Assembly (NCBI GenBank): GCA_000091205.1
Contig: AP006483.2
Source of the DNA: Cyanidioschyzon merolae
Taxonomy: Eukaryota
DNA length: 64,000 nt
Reading direction: 5' to 3' (one strand)
Shown piece after piece: positions 34,255 to 46,760 of the stretch. The notes below the pieces were generated by a model. That model saw only the letters and a list, made by a program, of their open reading frames with translations, did no database searches and had not been told where the DNA came from. Position 1 is the first letter of the stretch. Each line of letters starts with the position of its first letter. Both the position numbers and the translations under genes were made by a program.

Positions 34255-37035
34255 ACTTAAACGCTGAGTTGCGGGTCGTATTGATGGCTCTTGATTCTTT
34301 GTGGGACTTTGACATGTACAGCCCCGAGTTTGGGAGTCAACAATAAGCGTATAGGGATGCTTACGAGTATTTTGGTGATTCTTGGTTGTGTTTCTCGGAA
34401 CGGCTATATTGCGGCTCTGTGTCACCGGCATTCGTTCCATCACCCCGGGATCAAGAACATTCGCTGTGACCTCAAAACAAGGCATCGCATATGAAATGAT
34501 GCAATGATCTCATGCATAGACAGACAATACCATTCGTTTACTGGCTCCGCATGTAGCGTGGTGAAATCATGTATGGTTCCCGTTTTTTGTTTTTCGTTTT
34601 TCGCTCCGTACTGGGCGACGCTTGCGCAAAGGCGGCGCAGGAATGCTCGGAAGAACACGAAGCGTATCGATGAAGAACACGGTTGTTGACTTGCGACATG
34701 GAGCTCATGAGCGTTATGTGCATCTTTGTTTCGCAGATTCGAAGGAACTCACGGACTGCTTTAGAGCGAAAGAGCGAGGGAAGTGAAATGAAAGCAAGAC
34801 GGATCGATTCGCACTACATGGACAAGATGTAGTGTTTCGCTTGGCGGCCAAAAGCGTTGCAATATCCATCGTTATCAACCGCTAAAGTAGGATCTAATTC
34901 AGTACCCCTTCGGAGCTTAAATGCAATCCTGCACTTCTGAGGGAATACGCGGAGGAGCGACGAGCGATATCGCAGTGTCGTTTCGCGGGCATGCTCGCCG
35001 GTGTGATCTGCATCGGCCCGTAGCCAAGGCGTACGAGACTCAGCACCTGCACTTTCGTGACATCCAAAGCCAAGTCCGACATTTCCTTGGTAACAGGCAA
35101 CGCTCTTGATCAACGAGTTTCGAGCACGTCGACCTGCTTCCGCGAGGAGTTTGTTCCCAGCGCATGCACGTCGTAATTTCTCAGCGTTTGCGAGTGAGTG
35201 AAATTAGGGTACGACCTGCAAGCGCGTGATCGAAACAGACCGGATTCGATGACGCCCTATTCGAATGATCCCAAGCGGACTGAAAATGCATGGGCCATGT
35301 AAACGAGTCGATTAGGTACCATGGTGCTCGCCACGCGCATTGGCATGTGTTATGGAAAGGGAACGCGGAGATCGAAGAGAGAGCCAGGAAGCGGATCGCG
35401 AGGTATCGAATAGGATAGCGTCTGCCTGCGCCTGCAGCGGAAACCGTACACGCTGAGCGGGTTGTCCAGCAGAGGCTTAGGATACGAGGGTAAAAAACCG
35501 GACTCGAAACTGGAGAAGCATATCCTGGCGATCCGTCTACACCAGTCGAGGGCATGCACCGGGCAATGAAACAAGCGGTCATGCGCCTCAGGGCGGCGCT
35601 CGGAGGAGGACGAGGTTTAAGGGATTTCCATGGGCACCTACCTACCGCCAAGCGTCTCTTTGCGGGCCGCAGATCGAGGCTCTGTACATCGAAGATGAAC
35701 ATAGCAGCCGTGACGTAGATCGGAAACACCGGCTGTGCTTTGCATGCGTCGACAGCAGCCGAATTTGGCACGATCAGGGTCTTAAAGCGGCCTTCATGGT
35801 CCCTGGGCAGCAAACATCAGATCTGAAGCGAGCCGAGTGAACGTCGTACTTGAACCGGGAGATCACTGGGAGGAAACCAAGCAGTCGCCTTAAAAGCCAC
35901 CAAATGCACGTGTTGGCGTCCATGAGAGGCAAACAAAACGTTTTGCGTGGACGCCCCAAATCAACGGGCACGTTCGATTTTCGTCTGATCTTTTTGTCGA
36001 GGTTTCTGAAGCGTTTAGGTATAGAACCTCGGGAATTAGTGAAGCCTGCATCCGAAGAATGCGTTGTAATCGGGGTAGCGATCACCCAGAGACGGGCAGC
36101 GCCCCATTCGACTTTGGCAGCTTGTCGAGCCGCTGACGTCTCGGAGACGCCGTCCGTAGCGGACCTATCAAGCGGTATGACGATCGAGAGGCCGTGGGCG
36201 AGCACTCTATATCGCAGCTCAGCAGCATTCATCGACGGGTACCTATCACAAGAGTAGCGGACCGGTTCTCATGTGTTGATCGGTGATCCACAAGGAACTC
36301 AGCCAGCGCGATTGCCAGCCACCGGAGCGCGTTTTTCTCCGTCAAAGCGACCTGGTTATCAAGCTGAAGGCAGGCGCAGCGAGTCACAGCCAGCGTCCAT
36401 GGCCTCAGTGTGCTTCCGGGGACGTGATAGTACGCACGCCGGCACTTGTCTACCGGCAGCGCAAAATACCGCTGCACCCCGCGTTGAATGACAAAAACAG
36501 TGCAGCATGAATATCACACATCGGTAGAACCTCTGCCTGTGGCGTGCGGCTCTATACACGCTCGGACCTGGTGGCGTAGTCTCCAGACGATTGCCGCGTA
36601 CCTGTTTCTATTCACGATTCCGATTATTACATAAGCGCCGTGCTTCAAAGCGAGAACCTCTCCAATCGATGCCGGTGGCTTTCCTGTGACGACGCCAGTG
36701 CTCCGTAGCGTCCCTGGTTGTGCAGAGCCGGCTCCATCACAGAGTATCGACGCCGCCGCAGAGCACCAGCGGTACCGGCGACGGGTCCGTGGAGCGCGCG
36801 CCCTGCCGCCTAGACGTCTGTGGCACGCAGTGCACTGGTAGTGCACCCGATGACCAGAGCCCCCGAACAGAAGCGCTGGTCAAGGAAAATGGAGCTAGGA
36901 CGTAGAGAGACGGATGTTATCGCCAGCGTCCGGCGCACAATCGAGGATCCCGCAGTTCGTAGCAACCTTCGATCGAGCCATGAACAGCGCACCCGATAGC
37001 CGTTACGGATTTGCGGGGTGGCGCGCGCGCCAAAT

Positions 37036-37080
37036 GCGCACGCACGCATGCACGCACGCACGCACGCACGCACGCACGCT
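37036..37080. repeat. (ACGC)n microsatellite immediately upstream of the CDC20/CDH1 start
   Basis: cgcacgcacgcatgcacgcacgcacgcacgcacgcacgc, visible directly in the sequence. Confidence 0.9.
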
Positions 37081-37196
37081 GCCAATATTTTTCGAGTTTC
37101 AGCTGTGTCAAGCACGTGAAGAAAAAGCGCTTCTGCTGCTGTGTTTGTGTTCCCAGGCGGTACCAACGACAGGTCCGTGTTCTTTTTTCCTATCCG

Positions 37197-39677
37197 ATGG
37201 AAAGTCTGGATGTTATAGAGGCGAACATTGGCGAGAATGCTCCGGTTCCACGTTGGAAACGGCGCCAGCAGCGCCAACTCGCCGAGCAGCTCGCCAGAGC
37301 CGACTCCGCGAGGCCCGTGTCCATTCGCTCCCACGACGACAACGAAACACGCTCCGTTCTTGAGCGCAGCAACTCAGCTGCTGCTGTTCTTCGGGAGAGA
37401 AACCAGATAACCAGTCCATCGTTGGTTCATCGGAAGCGCTCCCGGTCCACGTTACCGAGTCCAGCATCGCATGCTGCGTCCCCGCGTTGCGACCGCTTCA
37501 TTCCCGATCGTTCTGCCATGGACCTCGAACTGGGTCGTTTCGTGATGACGGCTGCTCTGGGTCGTTCCATCACACCAGGAACAGGGCCAGCGGAAACGCT
37601 GGAAAGCGTAGAGGGTTCACAGGCCTCGAGAACAGAGGTGACTGTGGAGCGCCCAGCCTGGGGCTCGGGCGCATTCAGTGCTCCAGAGCATGCTGTGCAT
37701 ACGCATGAGCTACTCGATGACCGAGCGAATCGGCCAGGTGCATCTTCATCATCGCCGACCTCGAGTACCTACCAGAGGTCGGGCACCCTCAGTAGCGCAC
37801 AGAGCTGGGCCTCTAGCCTCGACACGTTTTCTTCGATACCGAGCACCGCAGACGAACTCACCGGGGAGTGGCAGACAAGTGACGTGCGCTCGCCAGCGCG
37901 TCTGGCTGCAGCCGCAGAGAAGATTCACGCACCTGGAGCAGTCGACCCTCGACAGCTCGCCCAGAGCCTAGAGTACCGGAGCCAACTCGCTAGTGAGCTT
38001 GGTACCGCTGGCTTGCTCGGCTCCGTGATTGATAGCCCCAGCGATGAACCATGGCAAGCACACGAAGACACCAGCGGACTTGGCAGTCGACAGACGGCAA
38101 AACGAGGTAATACAGCCGAGTCCATGCCCGGCAGCGGTACCAAAATCCTCGCCTTCAAACCGAAACCCCCGGTGCACCTCGGCGATAAGGCTGCTCATGC
38201 GGCTATCGCTGTGGTCTATACGCAGAACCGCCTCGGTGCAGCTTGTAGACGACACCTCCATCGACATATCCCGAGTGCGCCGGAGCGAATCCTCGATGCT
38301 CCCGAGATGGTTGATGACTACTATCTGAACCTGTTGGACTGGAGTGCCAACAACGTGCTGGCGGTGGCGCTCGGTTCGGCGGTTTACCTCTGGAATGCCA
38401 GCACTGGTGGCATTGAGCAGCTCACTGACCTTGCACCTGGGGATCAGCACACCAACCAAGACTATGTGTGTTCGCTTAAATGGGTCCAAGGCTCTGGTTG
38501 CGCTCCGCATGCAAACGCAGAAGCTTCAGCACCGTACCTAGCAGTAGGGACCGCCTTTGGTCACGTTCAAATCTGGGATGTTGAAGCGAACAAGCGGCTG
38601 CGAACGCTGCGAACGCACCAGGGACGCGTCGGCTCCCTGCACTGGAACGGACCGCTGCTGTGCTCGGGCAGTCGGGACAGCACCGTGCAGCTTCATGACG
38701 TGCGGGAAGCACGCCACCTTGCCTCGACACTTGTAGCGCACGAACAAGAGGTCTGCGGCCTGCAATGGAGTCCGAACGGTATGCAACTGGCTACGGGCGG
38801 TAACGATAACCTGCTGATGGTTTGGGATCGTCGCGCACTGCAGCATCCACGACTCCGTTTCGATGAGCACACTGCTGCGGTTAAGGCACTCGGCTGGTGC
38901 CCCTGGCAGAGTCATCTGTTGGCGTCGGGTGGTGGTACCACCGATCGCATGCTGCGCTTCTGGAATACCCATACGGGCGTCTGCTTGCAAGCCGTCGATA
39001 CCGAGAGCCAGGTGTGTGCGCTGCAGTGGAGTATGCATTATCGGGAACTCGTCACGGGCCATGGATTCAGCCGCAATCAACTTGTAGTCTGGAAGTATCC
39101 CGACCTGAACAAAGTCGCTGAGCTAACTGGCCACGGGGCACGCGTCCTGCACCTAACCACCTCACCGGATGGTCAAACCGTGGCAAGTGCTGCCGCCGAT
39201 GAGACGCTGCGCTTTTGGAAGATTTTCCCCAAACCCCAAACGAGTCGTTTCGGAGTGGGCAAAGCCCTGCTCGCTGGAACAGCGCGGGAAACGCTGGTGC
39301 CCGAGGACACCAGGCAACTTGCGCATGCTGGCACAGCCTCGTCGTCTTCCAGCAGCCAAAGATCTCATGCAGGTGACAGGAGCGCTTCAGCAACCGGGCG
39401 CTTACCTTTCACAGCGATGTGGAAGTCGCTCGGTTCGGCGGAAAGCGCCCCAGCTGGGGATACGGATGCATCGCCCGCTGTCGAAGGCACTCGTTTCACA
39501 GAGGCATCAGCGTCGGCCTTCGTTCGTGTATCCGCTGCTCGCACAGCGGATGCTTCGCGCACGGGAGACACAGCCTCGATGACGACACTGGAGCAGCTTT
39601 CGTCGCTGCGGAATGAACTGAACCGACGGATCGGAAGCCGACCCTTGACGACCATGCGCTCAAGTGCGATACGTTAA
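37197..39677 (+). CDS. APC/C co-activator of the CDC20/CDH1 (Fizzy) family
   Basis: 826 aa from ATG 37197; the track ORF began upstream, inside the microsatellite. The C-box DRFIPDR is present. The canonical propeller entry YYLNLLDWSANNVLAVALGSAVYLWNASTGGIEQLTDL is followed by 7 WD blades, and the C-terminal IR tail ends ...SSAIR. Confidence 0.85.
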   Translation: MESLDVIEANIGENAPVPRWKRRQQRQLAEQLARADSARPVSIRSHDDNETRSVLERSNSAAAVLRERNQITSPSLVHRKRSRSTLPSPASHAASPRCDRFIPDRSAMDLELGRFVMTAALGRSITPGTGPAETLESVEGSQASRTEVTVERPAWGSGAFSAPEHAVHTHELLDDRANRPGASSSSPTSSTYQRSGTLSSAQSWASSLDTFSSIPSTADELTGEWQTSDVRSPARLAAAAEKIHAPGAVDPRQLAQSLEYRSQLASELGTAGLLGSVIDSPSDEPWQAHEDTSGLGSRQTAKRGNTAESMPGSGTKILAFKPKPPVHLGDKAAHAAIAVVYTQNRLGAACRRHLHRHIPSAPERILDAPEMVDDYYLNLLDWSANNVLAVALGSAVYLWNASTGGIEQLTDLAPGDQHTNQDYVCSLKWVQGSGCAPHANAEASAPYLAVGTAFGHVQIWDVEANKRLRTLRTHQGRVGSLHWNGPLLCSGSRDSTVQLHDVREARHLASTLVAHEQEVCGLQWSPNGMQLATGGNDNLLMVWDRRALQHPRLRFDEHTAAVKALGWCPWQSHLLASGGGTTDRMLRFWNTHTGVCLQAVDTESQVCALQWSMHYRELVTGHGFSRNQLVVWKYPDLNKVAELTGHGARVLHLTTSPDGQTVASAAADETLRFWKIFPKPQTSRFGVGKALLAGTARETLVPEDTRQLAHAGTASSSSSSQRSHAGDRSASATGRLPFTAMWKSLGSAESAPAGDTDASPAVEGTRFTEASASAFVRVSAARTADASRTGDTASMTTLEQLSSLRNELNRRIGSRPLTTMRSSAIR

Positions 39678-42600
39678 GGTTGCCTGCTACTGTTGCTGCT
39701 GTGCATTGAATGCTGCTCACAGGAGCGGCGTTCGCGTAACTCCTCCTGGGGCACCCGTCAAACGCGGTGCTGCATCTCGGAATGCCAGGGCATGACCCCT
39801 GCTTGCAGCCTCCCTCCGCTTCGTTGTTGCACGGAACGCAGGCGCGCTCTGCGGCATGAATAGCATGCTCATGGTCGTCGCAGAGGCTGCTGTCCTCGAC
39901 ACCGTCACAGCAGAGTGCTTGCGGGCATCACATTCCTGATAGGCATGCTACTGGCCGTTGATATCTACGCGGTTGGCGCTACACTTGTCGCGATGGTGTT
40001 TCATCGATAGTTGGCGCAGTACGCGCACCAGAGTAAAAAGGACCGCGATGCTGCCTGATGAAAAGTTCCCAGTGACTGCTGCTGCTGTGCGTTCGGCGTT
40101 GGCAATGAGCGTTCCTCAGCTGAATGCGTCCGGGCATTCTCTGAAGATGCGGGAAAGAAGCAGCCTGGCACAAATCATGGAAAGGCGGGGCTATTTATAG
40201 TTATGCCCAAACTGCTGAAGGTCAACGGGCTCTTTTTCCAGAAGTCATCAGTGGACGCGCTGATACCCACGGTGTGGAGGCAAGCCGCACACGCCCTGGT
40301 GTAGGGTTCCACGGGTATTCGCGGCGTGAATGCGCTTACCACTCGTGGGAGCGAAAAGAGCAGTCAGAAACAAGAGCCTGCTTCTCTATCGTTGAGCGCG
40401 TCATATGCTTACTGGATTTGCGGGACGTCAGGCACAGCCGCTGGAACCTATCGTGGCAGGCACCTCCTACGCAAGCCCTAGAAAAGAAGGGATTCTGAAT
40501 TCGTCAACTGCATGTGCCTTTTTGTTGTTGTTGCTATTGCTACTGACGTCTGGTCGGTGGGAAACGACGGACTGGAGTGCTATCTGTGGTGCCTGAGTTT
40601 GCTGCTGCTTCGTCTACACCGGCGTCGGTATGAAATGGAACCTAGACCTGCTCGCTCCATTCTTGAATTGAGATTTTGTCCCGAATTTGTTTTCGATAAT
40701 CAGGCACAACGTTCCGAGTACAGCGATAATGGCTCAGGGACTAGTTCGTAGAATGAGGATTGTTGGTGAGCCTTAAAGGGTGCTTCTTCAACGCCCTGCC
40801 GCTCGGTTTCTCTACGTCACTGGAATTACGACGATTTACAACACCGCCGAACACGGGTTCGTACCAAAACCATCATCATCATCATCATCATCTTATGCGA
40901 AGGCATGAGCCTTCACTCTGTTTCGTTCCTCAGGTGTGGCATGCTGCAATGCCGCTTGCCTCAAGTTTTCCATATTTCTGTTTCAAGGCCTTTCAGGGCT
41001 AACGTCATGGGCACCGGCAGGTCGACGCCGAGCAGCCATCAAAGCCGTCCTCGACGTCTTCTCTTGAAAGGCTCACAACGAACAATCCCGACACTTTTCA
41101 TGCCAAATAATCGATACCGTTCGAGACGCCTATCATCATCATGCTAGGGTCATTGAAGGAAAGGCGTCCAACAGCATTCGCTAGATTCCTCTTATCCGAC
41201 ATGCTTTCAGAGGCTCGCTTGCCTTTCGTTTGCATGGGAATGTATATCTCGGACTCGGACATCTGGTATCGCTGCATTGACCTCTGGCGGAGAGTGCGTC
41301 ACTGCATTGTCCCAAGGGAGCGCAGAAGAATCGAACGTTCTTGTGCGGCTCTCGACACTGGGTTTTCATTCCTGTACGCGATCCATCATGGACAGGATTG
41401 CGTTCAACACGTCCTTGTGCTAAATAGGACAGCATACGTTACCGTATGCATCGGATGAGGTACTCGCCAAGGAAAACGCCTCAAAAAAGCATGTGATTTT
41501 AGAGTACGAGTGTAGGGCGCAAGAATGGAAACGGGCCTCCAGCGCAGCCTTCTCTCCCCGTCGATAACATGCACCTTGCGGTGAAGCAGGTGTTCATGCT
41601 CCACAGGGCCGTGTCCGACGGAGCAGCTGCGATGGATATACGATATCATCTGACGACTGGCAAGCGCCACCGCAGCACATGGCGCACCGAGACTGGGCAT
41701 GATCAAGCTGAAAATGGAAAGGGAATCGTAAATCGCAACTTTGGGGAGTCTGTGTGTGTGTGTGTGTGAGGCATGCTGAGAAAAAAGCTGGAAGCGGTGA
41801 AATCGGTACTGTAATGCAGCTATCAACATCCTCCGACTGCTGACAAGACAGCGCGAAGGAAACGAGAGTCCAGCGTATTTCAAGCCGGAAATAGGAGAGA
41901 GGGCAGGATGCAGTTATGGGAAAAACCCGAATAGGCTGGTGTTGATCACAGTGGAGTGAGCGACTCGAGCTTTAGCGTAGACGCCTGAGTCAGCACAGTG
42001 GACCCATTCCATTCCATTCCATTCCAGTCTAGTCTCGTCTACTCCAGGCTAGGCAACACAGAAAGCACACACATGGCTAGCTTTACTGTGAATCCAACGG
42101 ACTCGTGTACCGGTCAGCTGTGACATCTGGACAGTTCCTGGTCTCTCCGCTGCTGCGCTCCTTCTATTCGCGTTTGTTTTCAACTCCGCCTACCTAAAGC
42201 GTCCATTCCAAGCCGAGCGCTCGACGCCAGCATACGCAACAAATACCGTACCACTTTTGAACAGTATCATAGCGTCGAGGCTTGCAAACGAAGACAAGCG
42301 CTGCATCCAGCGGCTGCGCACGCAGTCGACGCGCTCTGAGCCTACGGAACACGTCAACGCTGCACGTGCGGAAGGTCCTGCTCGTTCCTCGTCCGAGCAG
42401 ACGAGTTACCAAAGCGCTCAGGGTTTCGATGACGCTCCAGCTACGCGCGTTTACTCCAGAGTGATACAATTACTAGCGCGCCAAGTCGGCTGAGTAGCCT
42501 CGTTACAACGATTCTACTCTGCTCTGACCGCGAAAAGCTTATGCTGGATGTGCATACTCCGCCAAGTCATACGCTAAGCGTAACGAAGAAGTTGCTTCTT

Positions 42601-43135
42601 CCCTCGGGGCAAACGTATGCGCCCAGACTGAGAGCTCTCGCGACGTCCGCACCTCACGTCAGGATTCGGAGCCGGTTCAGCTCGGATCGACGCGCCAGCA
42701 CAATGCCAAAAAGTTCTGTCTGCACAGGTTTAGGCCACAACATTGAAAGTACAACGCATTTCAGTTCGTTGCAGTGCAGTTTCGAAGACAACAAGGCGTG
42801 CCTGCGGTAGTCCCAGTGGAGTCATACGCTGCGAACTTGCCACTGCGGGGAAACCGCACCATATGACCATTGCGCAGCAGTGGTGCTCTCGGCGAAGCGT
42901 TCACGGGAAACTTGCTGGAGTCGGGGTCTCGGAACACTTCCAGGAAGCCTGCTGAACAAGCGACTCACCCTCGATCTATACCAGGGAAGCAGCCTAGGCG
43001 AACCGCTGTGTCCGACACACACACACACGTAAAGACTGGCAAAGGTTGTTCCGGAGCTCGTGTCTTCGCAGTCGTACAAACGGCTCGCGCCGTCGAACGA
43101 GGCTTCCAAGAAAGCGCGTACGCAGCTGTTCCGCA

Positions 43136-46100
43136 ATGCCGCTTCCGTCAGCACAGACGCGTCGCTTTATTAAAAGAGCAAGAGGTGCTGGTGCCACTGG
43201 GCAGGCCTCGGTGCTCCGCGTCTCCCGGGAGCACTACTTGCGGAGTGATCTACCGCTGCCTCCGGAGCCAGCCCTGCGGCCGTTTCTCTTGGTACCCGAC
43301 ACGAACGTAGTGCTGCGTGCAGCGAGCCTTTTCGAACTCGATGCCGTCCAGGAGGTTGTCTTTTTGCAGACCGTGCTGCAGGAGACCCGCAAACAAAGTC
43401 CAGAGACCTACGATCGCATACGGCGACTGTTAGCTTCCCCGGAAGCGAAGCGCCGACACCTCTACCTCTTCAGCAATGAACACTGTGCAGCAACGTTCTC
43501 GGAGCCACTAAAGGGTGAGTCACCAAACGACTACTACGACCGGCTGATTCGCAAGTCTGTGGCGTGGTTGAATACTCAGTACAACGCACTGCAGGGGCCG
43601 CGAGTGGTGCTCCTCACCGAGGATCGCGAGAACGCTCGTCGAGCCAGAGACGATGATCATCTGGTTACCTTCAGCCTCGCGCAAGTGGATGCATGGTGTG
43701 CGGGCGCTGCAGACACGCGAGTTAGGGACCTAGTGGCAGACTCTGGCGGTCACCATGATGCAGCACTGAACGAAAGCGCTTCGGAAAAAGCGCATGCAGC
43801 ACCTGCGTCCAGGACGGAGTCTGCGCCCTACCCGGAGTACTGGCCAGTCGACAAGGTTGAACGCGCGCTCGCCAGTGGTAAACTGTTCCGTGGCGTATTT
43901 CGTGCAACCATGTATGAGCCGTTGGAGAGCGGTGTAGTGGTCATTCGGTCGCCAGCGGGAAATGCGGAGCCCCAGAAGACACAGGTCGCCACACAAGTGC
44001 AGCCAGCGCTGCGCATTCGGGTCCAGGGCGCTGCCGCCGTGAATCGTAGCGTTGACGGAGACCTCGTCGCTGTGCTACCACTGGACGGCGTTGTCGACGG
44101 AGCAGCCAGTGCTGGTCGAAATGCGATACCGACCATCGACGCAGACGCCTTCAGTAGCGTGACAGAGCAGGTGGTGACAGCTGCCTCTGCACTGGGATCC
44201 GAGTCCTCGGATCCGCTGGCTTCGACGCCTTCCCAGGGGCCTCGTCTTGGGAAGATTGTTGCAGTGCTTGAGCGCCGTTGGCGTGCGCAGTACTGTGGAT
44301 CGCTGCAGGCCAAATACACCGCAGATACATTGAGTTTCCAAGGTCGCAGACGACACCTCTTTTTGCCGGTGGATCGGCGGATACCCCCGATCCTACTGGA
44401 GACACTGCAGGCAGCGTCTCTCTACGGCAAGCGGGTGGCTGTTGCTCTTGATCGCTGGGATACCCAATCGCGTTTCCCGGTTGGTCATGTGGTCAGCGTG
44501 CTGGGGCGCATTGGCGATGAGCAAGTCGAAACGCAGGTTTTGCTTCTGGAGAACGGCATTGTGACCCGACCGTTTTCGGAGGCGGCGCTAGCGTGTCTGC
44601 CTCCACCAGACTTTTCCGTTGCGCCTGCCCCGATGGATACCACGCTGGTTGGTCGCCTCGATTTGCGGTCTATGTTTGTTTTCAGTATCGACCCACCGGG
44701 GTGCACCGACATCGACGATGCGTTGCACTGCCGCCTCGTGGATCGGAGCAATGGACAGGGAGCAAATGCGAGAGCGTCGACTCGCCTTCAAGTTGGCGTG
44801 CATATCGCTGATGTGGCGAGCTTCGTTCGAGCAGGGACAGCACTCGATGAAGAGGCACGGGAGCGTGGCTGCACTGTCTACCTGGTGGACCAGCGCATCG
44901 AGATGCTGCCGGCGCTGCTAACGAGCAACCTGTGCTCGCTGGTTGCGGGCAAGGATCGGTATGCGTTCTCGGTTCTCTTCGAGTTGGACGTTGAATCTGC
45001 CCAGATTAACGATGTCCAGTTTACACGCAGCATGATTAGGTCACGAGCATCGTTGACCTACGAACAGGCTCAGTTGATGCTGGATGCATTGGTTGTCGAC
45101 AAACAGAGCGCGAAGCAACTGGGGATACCGCCCGAGCTAGGCGAAGCGCTGCCGCTTCTAGCCCGCGTTGCAGGAAGACTGCGGGCTGAACGACTCGCCA
45201 ATGGTGCGCTCATTCTCGCGTCACCGGAGATCCGTTTCGAGCGAGCGGATGGTGAGAGCCCGAGTCCCAGCGTTGGTTCAGGCTCCAGTTGTCGCAGTTT
45301 TGACACGCACCACCTCGTCGAGGAGTTTATGCTGCTCGCAAATGTGACGGTAGCTAAGCGCATTGTGCACCAGTTTCCGCACTCGGCGTGCTTGCGCCGA
45401 CATCCTCCGCCGAGTGTCGAGCAGTTTGAGCCACTGGTACGGGCGGCAGCAGCATACGGAATCGAGATGCACGTGGATTCGTCCAAGGCGCTTGCGGCAA
45501 GTCTCGACGCCGTCTCAACGACCTCAGCTGGCCAAGAGGACCCACTGCTGGAAGAGCTGTTTCGGATGCTTGCAACTCGTTGCATGATGCAGGCTGCATA
45601 CTGCTCCGCTGGCTCGGCTCCTGCGTCATCCTACTACCACTACGGACTCGCAGTGCCGCTGTATACCCATTTCACGTCACCGATACGGCGCTATGCCGAC
45701 ATTATTGTACATCGCCAATTGGCAGCAAGCTTGGGGTATGAGGATGCTCCTGGTGAGTTGCTCATGAATGAGCAAGTCGAACGTATCTGTGAACACGTGA
45801 ACGAACGCTATCGCAATGCACAGGCCGCAGGACGAGCGAGTTCTGCGCTCCATGTGTTGCTCTGGTTCCATCGGCAATGCCAACGCCCAGCTCATGAAGC
45901 ACGCGATACGGCCTCGATGCTAGAGACAGACGGCCGAATTCTGCGATTCTTGTCGACTGGATTTGTGGCGTACCTGCCCAAGTTTGGTATTGAGGGCGTC
46001 GTTCGCGTAGACGGTGCAGAGACCTCCTGGGTATTGAGCCCTGATTCGCAAACGATCCTCCATAAGGACTCGGGAGTGACGTACCGTATTTTGGGCGCTT

Positions 46101-46282
46101 GTCGTATTCGAATTGTTATTGATGAAAATGCTGTCGGTGCCGATCGTATTCGATTCGAGCTGCTTCCTAGGAACGCCAACAACGCCGTTCAAAGTCGAAC
46201 GACGTCGGGCGTGTGCAGTAGTGGCGGCAACCGCGCCCAAGACGAAACGTCTCCTACTGACGTACAGATGCCACCAAAATAA
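43136..46282 (+). CDS. DIS3: Exosome catalytic subunit DIS3/RRP44 (PIN plus RNB exoribonuclease)
   Basis: 1049 aa from ATG 43136; the track start is a TTG. The N-terminus (VLRVSREHYLRSDLP ... LLVPDTNVVL) matches the Rrp44 PIN region. The RNB catalytic motif FSIDPPGCTDIDDALHC is present, plus RNase II-family C-terminal S1-like sequence. Confidence 0.85.
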   Translation: MPLPSAQTRRFIKRARGAGATGQASVLRVSREHYLRSDLPLPPEPALRPFLLVPDTNVVLRAASLFELDAVQEVVFLQTVLQETRKQSPETYDRIRRLLASPEAKRRHLYLFSNEHCAATFSEPLKGESPNDYYDRLIRKSVAWLNTQYNALQGPRVVLLTEDRENARRARDDDHLVTFSLAQVDAWCAGAADTRVRDLVADSGGHHDAALNESASEKAHAAPASRTESAPYPEYWPVDKVERALASGKLFRGVFRATMYEPLESGVVVIRSPAGNAEPQKTQVATQVQPALRIRVQGAAAVNRSVDGDLVAVLPLDGVVDGAASAGRNAIPTIDADAFSSVTEQVVTAASALGSESSDPLASTPSQGPRLGKIVAVLERRWRAQYCGSLQAKYTADTLSFQGRRRHLFLPVDRRIPPILLETLQAASLYGKRVAVALDRWDTQSRFPVGHVVSVLGRIGDEQVETQVLLLENGIVTRPFSEAALACLPPPDFSVAPAPMDTTLVGRLDLRSMFVFSIDPPGCTDIDDALHCRLVDRSNGQGANARASTRLQVGVHIADVASFVRAGTALDEEARERGCTVYLVDQRIEMLPALLTSNLCSLVAGKDRYAFSVLFELDVESAQINDVQFTRSMIRSRASLTYEQAQLMLDALVVDKQSAKQLGIPPELGEALPLLARVAGRLRAERLANGALILASPEIRFERADGESPSPSVGSGSSCRSFDTHHLVEEFMLLANVTVAKRIVHQFPHSACLRRHPPPSVEQFEPLVRAAAAYGIEMHVDSSKALAASLDAVSTTSAGQEDPLLEELFRMLATRCMMQAAYCSAGSAPASSYYHYGLAVPLYTHFTSPIRRYADIIVHRQLAASLGYEDAPGELLMNEQVERICEHVNERYRNAQAAGRASSALHVLLWFHRQCQRPAHEARDTASMLETDGRILRFLSTGFVAYLPKFGIEGVVRVDGAETSWVLSPDSQTILHKDSGVTYRILGACRIRIVIDENAVGADRIRFELLPRNANNAVQSRTTSGVCSSGGNRAQDETSPTDVQMPPK

Positions 46283-46760
46283 CATACCATCGGAGGAAAT
46301 TCCCTTATACCTCCCCTGCGGTATTCCTCGGCGAGCTACGTCGAAGCTCATCTACGATCGTTGTGATCTCTAAGCGCAGCGCTGCGGAACCCTTGGCACT
46401 ATGTACCGGCGAAGTTGTTGTTCGAAATGGTCAGAGATCTGCCTAGTTTCTGAAAAGGCATTGAGCGCTTGTGCTAGTTGCGCTGAACGCTAGACAATCT
46501 ACGGGAGATTTAGCTCGGACTCTGGACAATTGACGGGCGGTCACTCGTGCCGCTACGCAAAAGAGGTTTTTGACTGGATACGCACACTTACGCGATCGAT
46601 TCTAGCCGATGACGTGATCGGCAGCTTTCGCACCGGAGACGTCCTAACCCAAGAAAGTACAAGGCATGTTTGTCTCTGATCCGCTGTACCAGGGCTAAAG
46701 AGTAGTTCGCTCACCTGCTGTAAGTAGAGCACCGTTTCCGCTGGGTACCGCACGTGACGG

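Noticed and set aside
35181-35813. 210-aa minus-strand ORF in a gene-poor interval
   Set aside because: It has no recognisable domain and its composition is biased. It is left unannotated rather than called a gene.
43046-43135. ORF-track start coordinates for DIS3, the SDR, ATP23, CKS1, the Tim17-like gene, LDH and POR
   Set aside because: The track's first codons are TTG or GTG (43046 is a TTG, 27574 a GTG, 21616 a GTG, 58405 a GTG, 46807 a TTG). For a eukaryotic nuclear genome I moved starts to the first in-frame ATG consistent with homolog N-termini.
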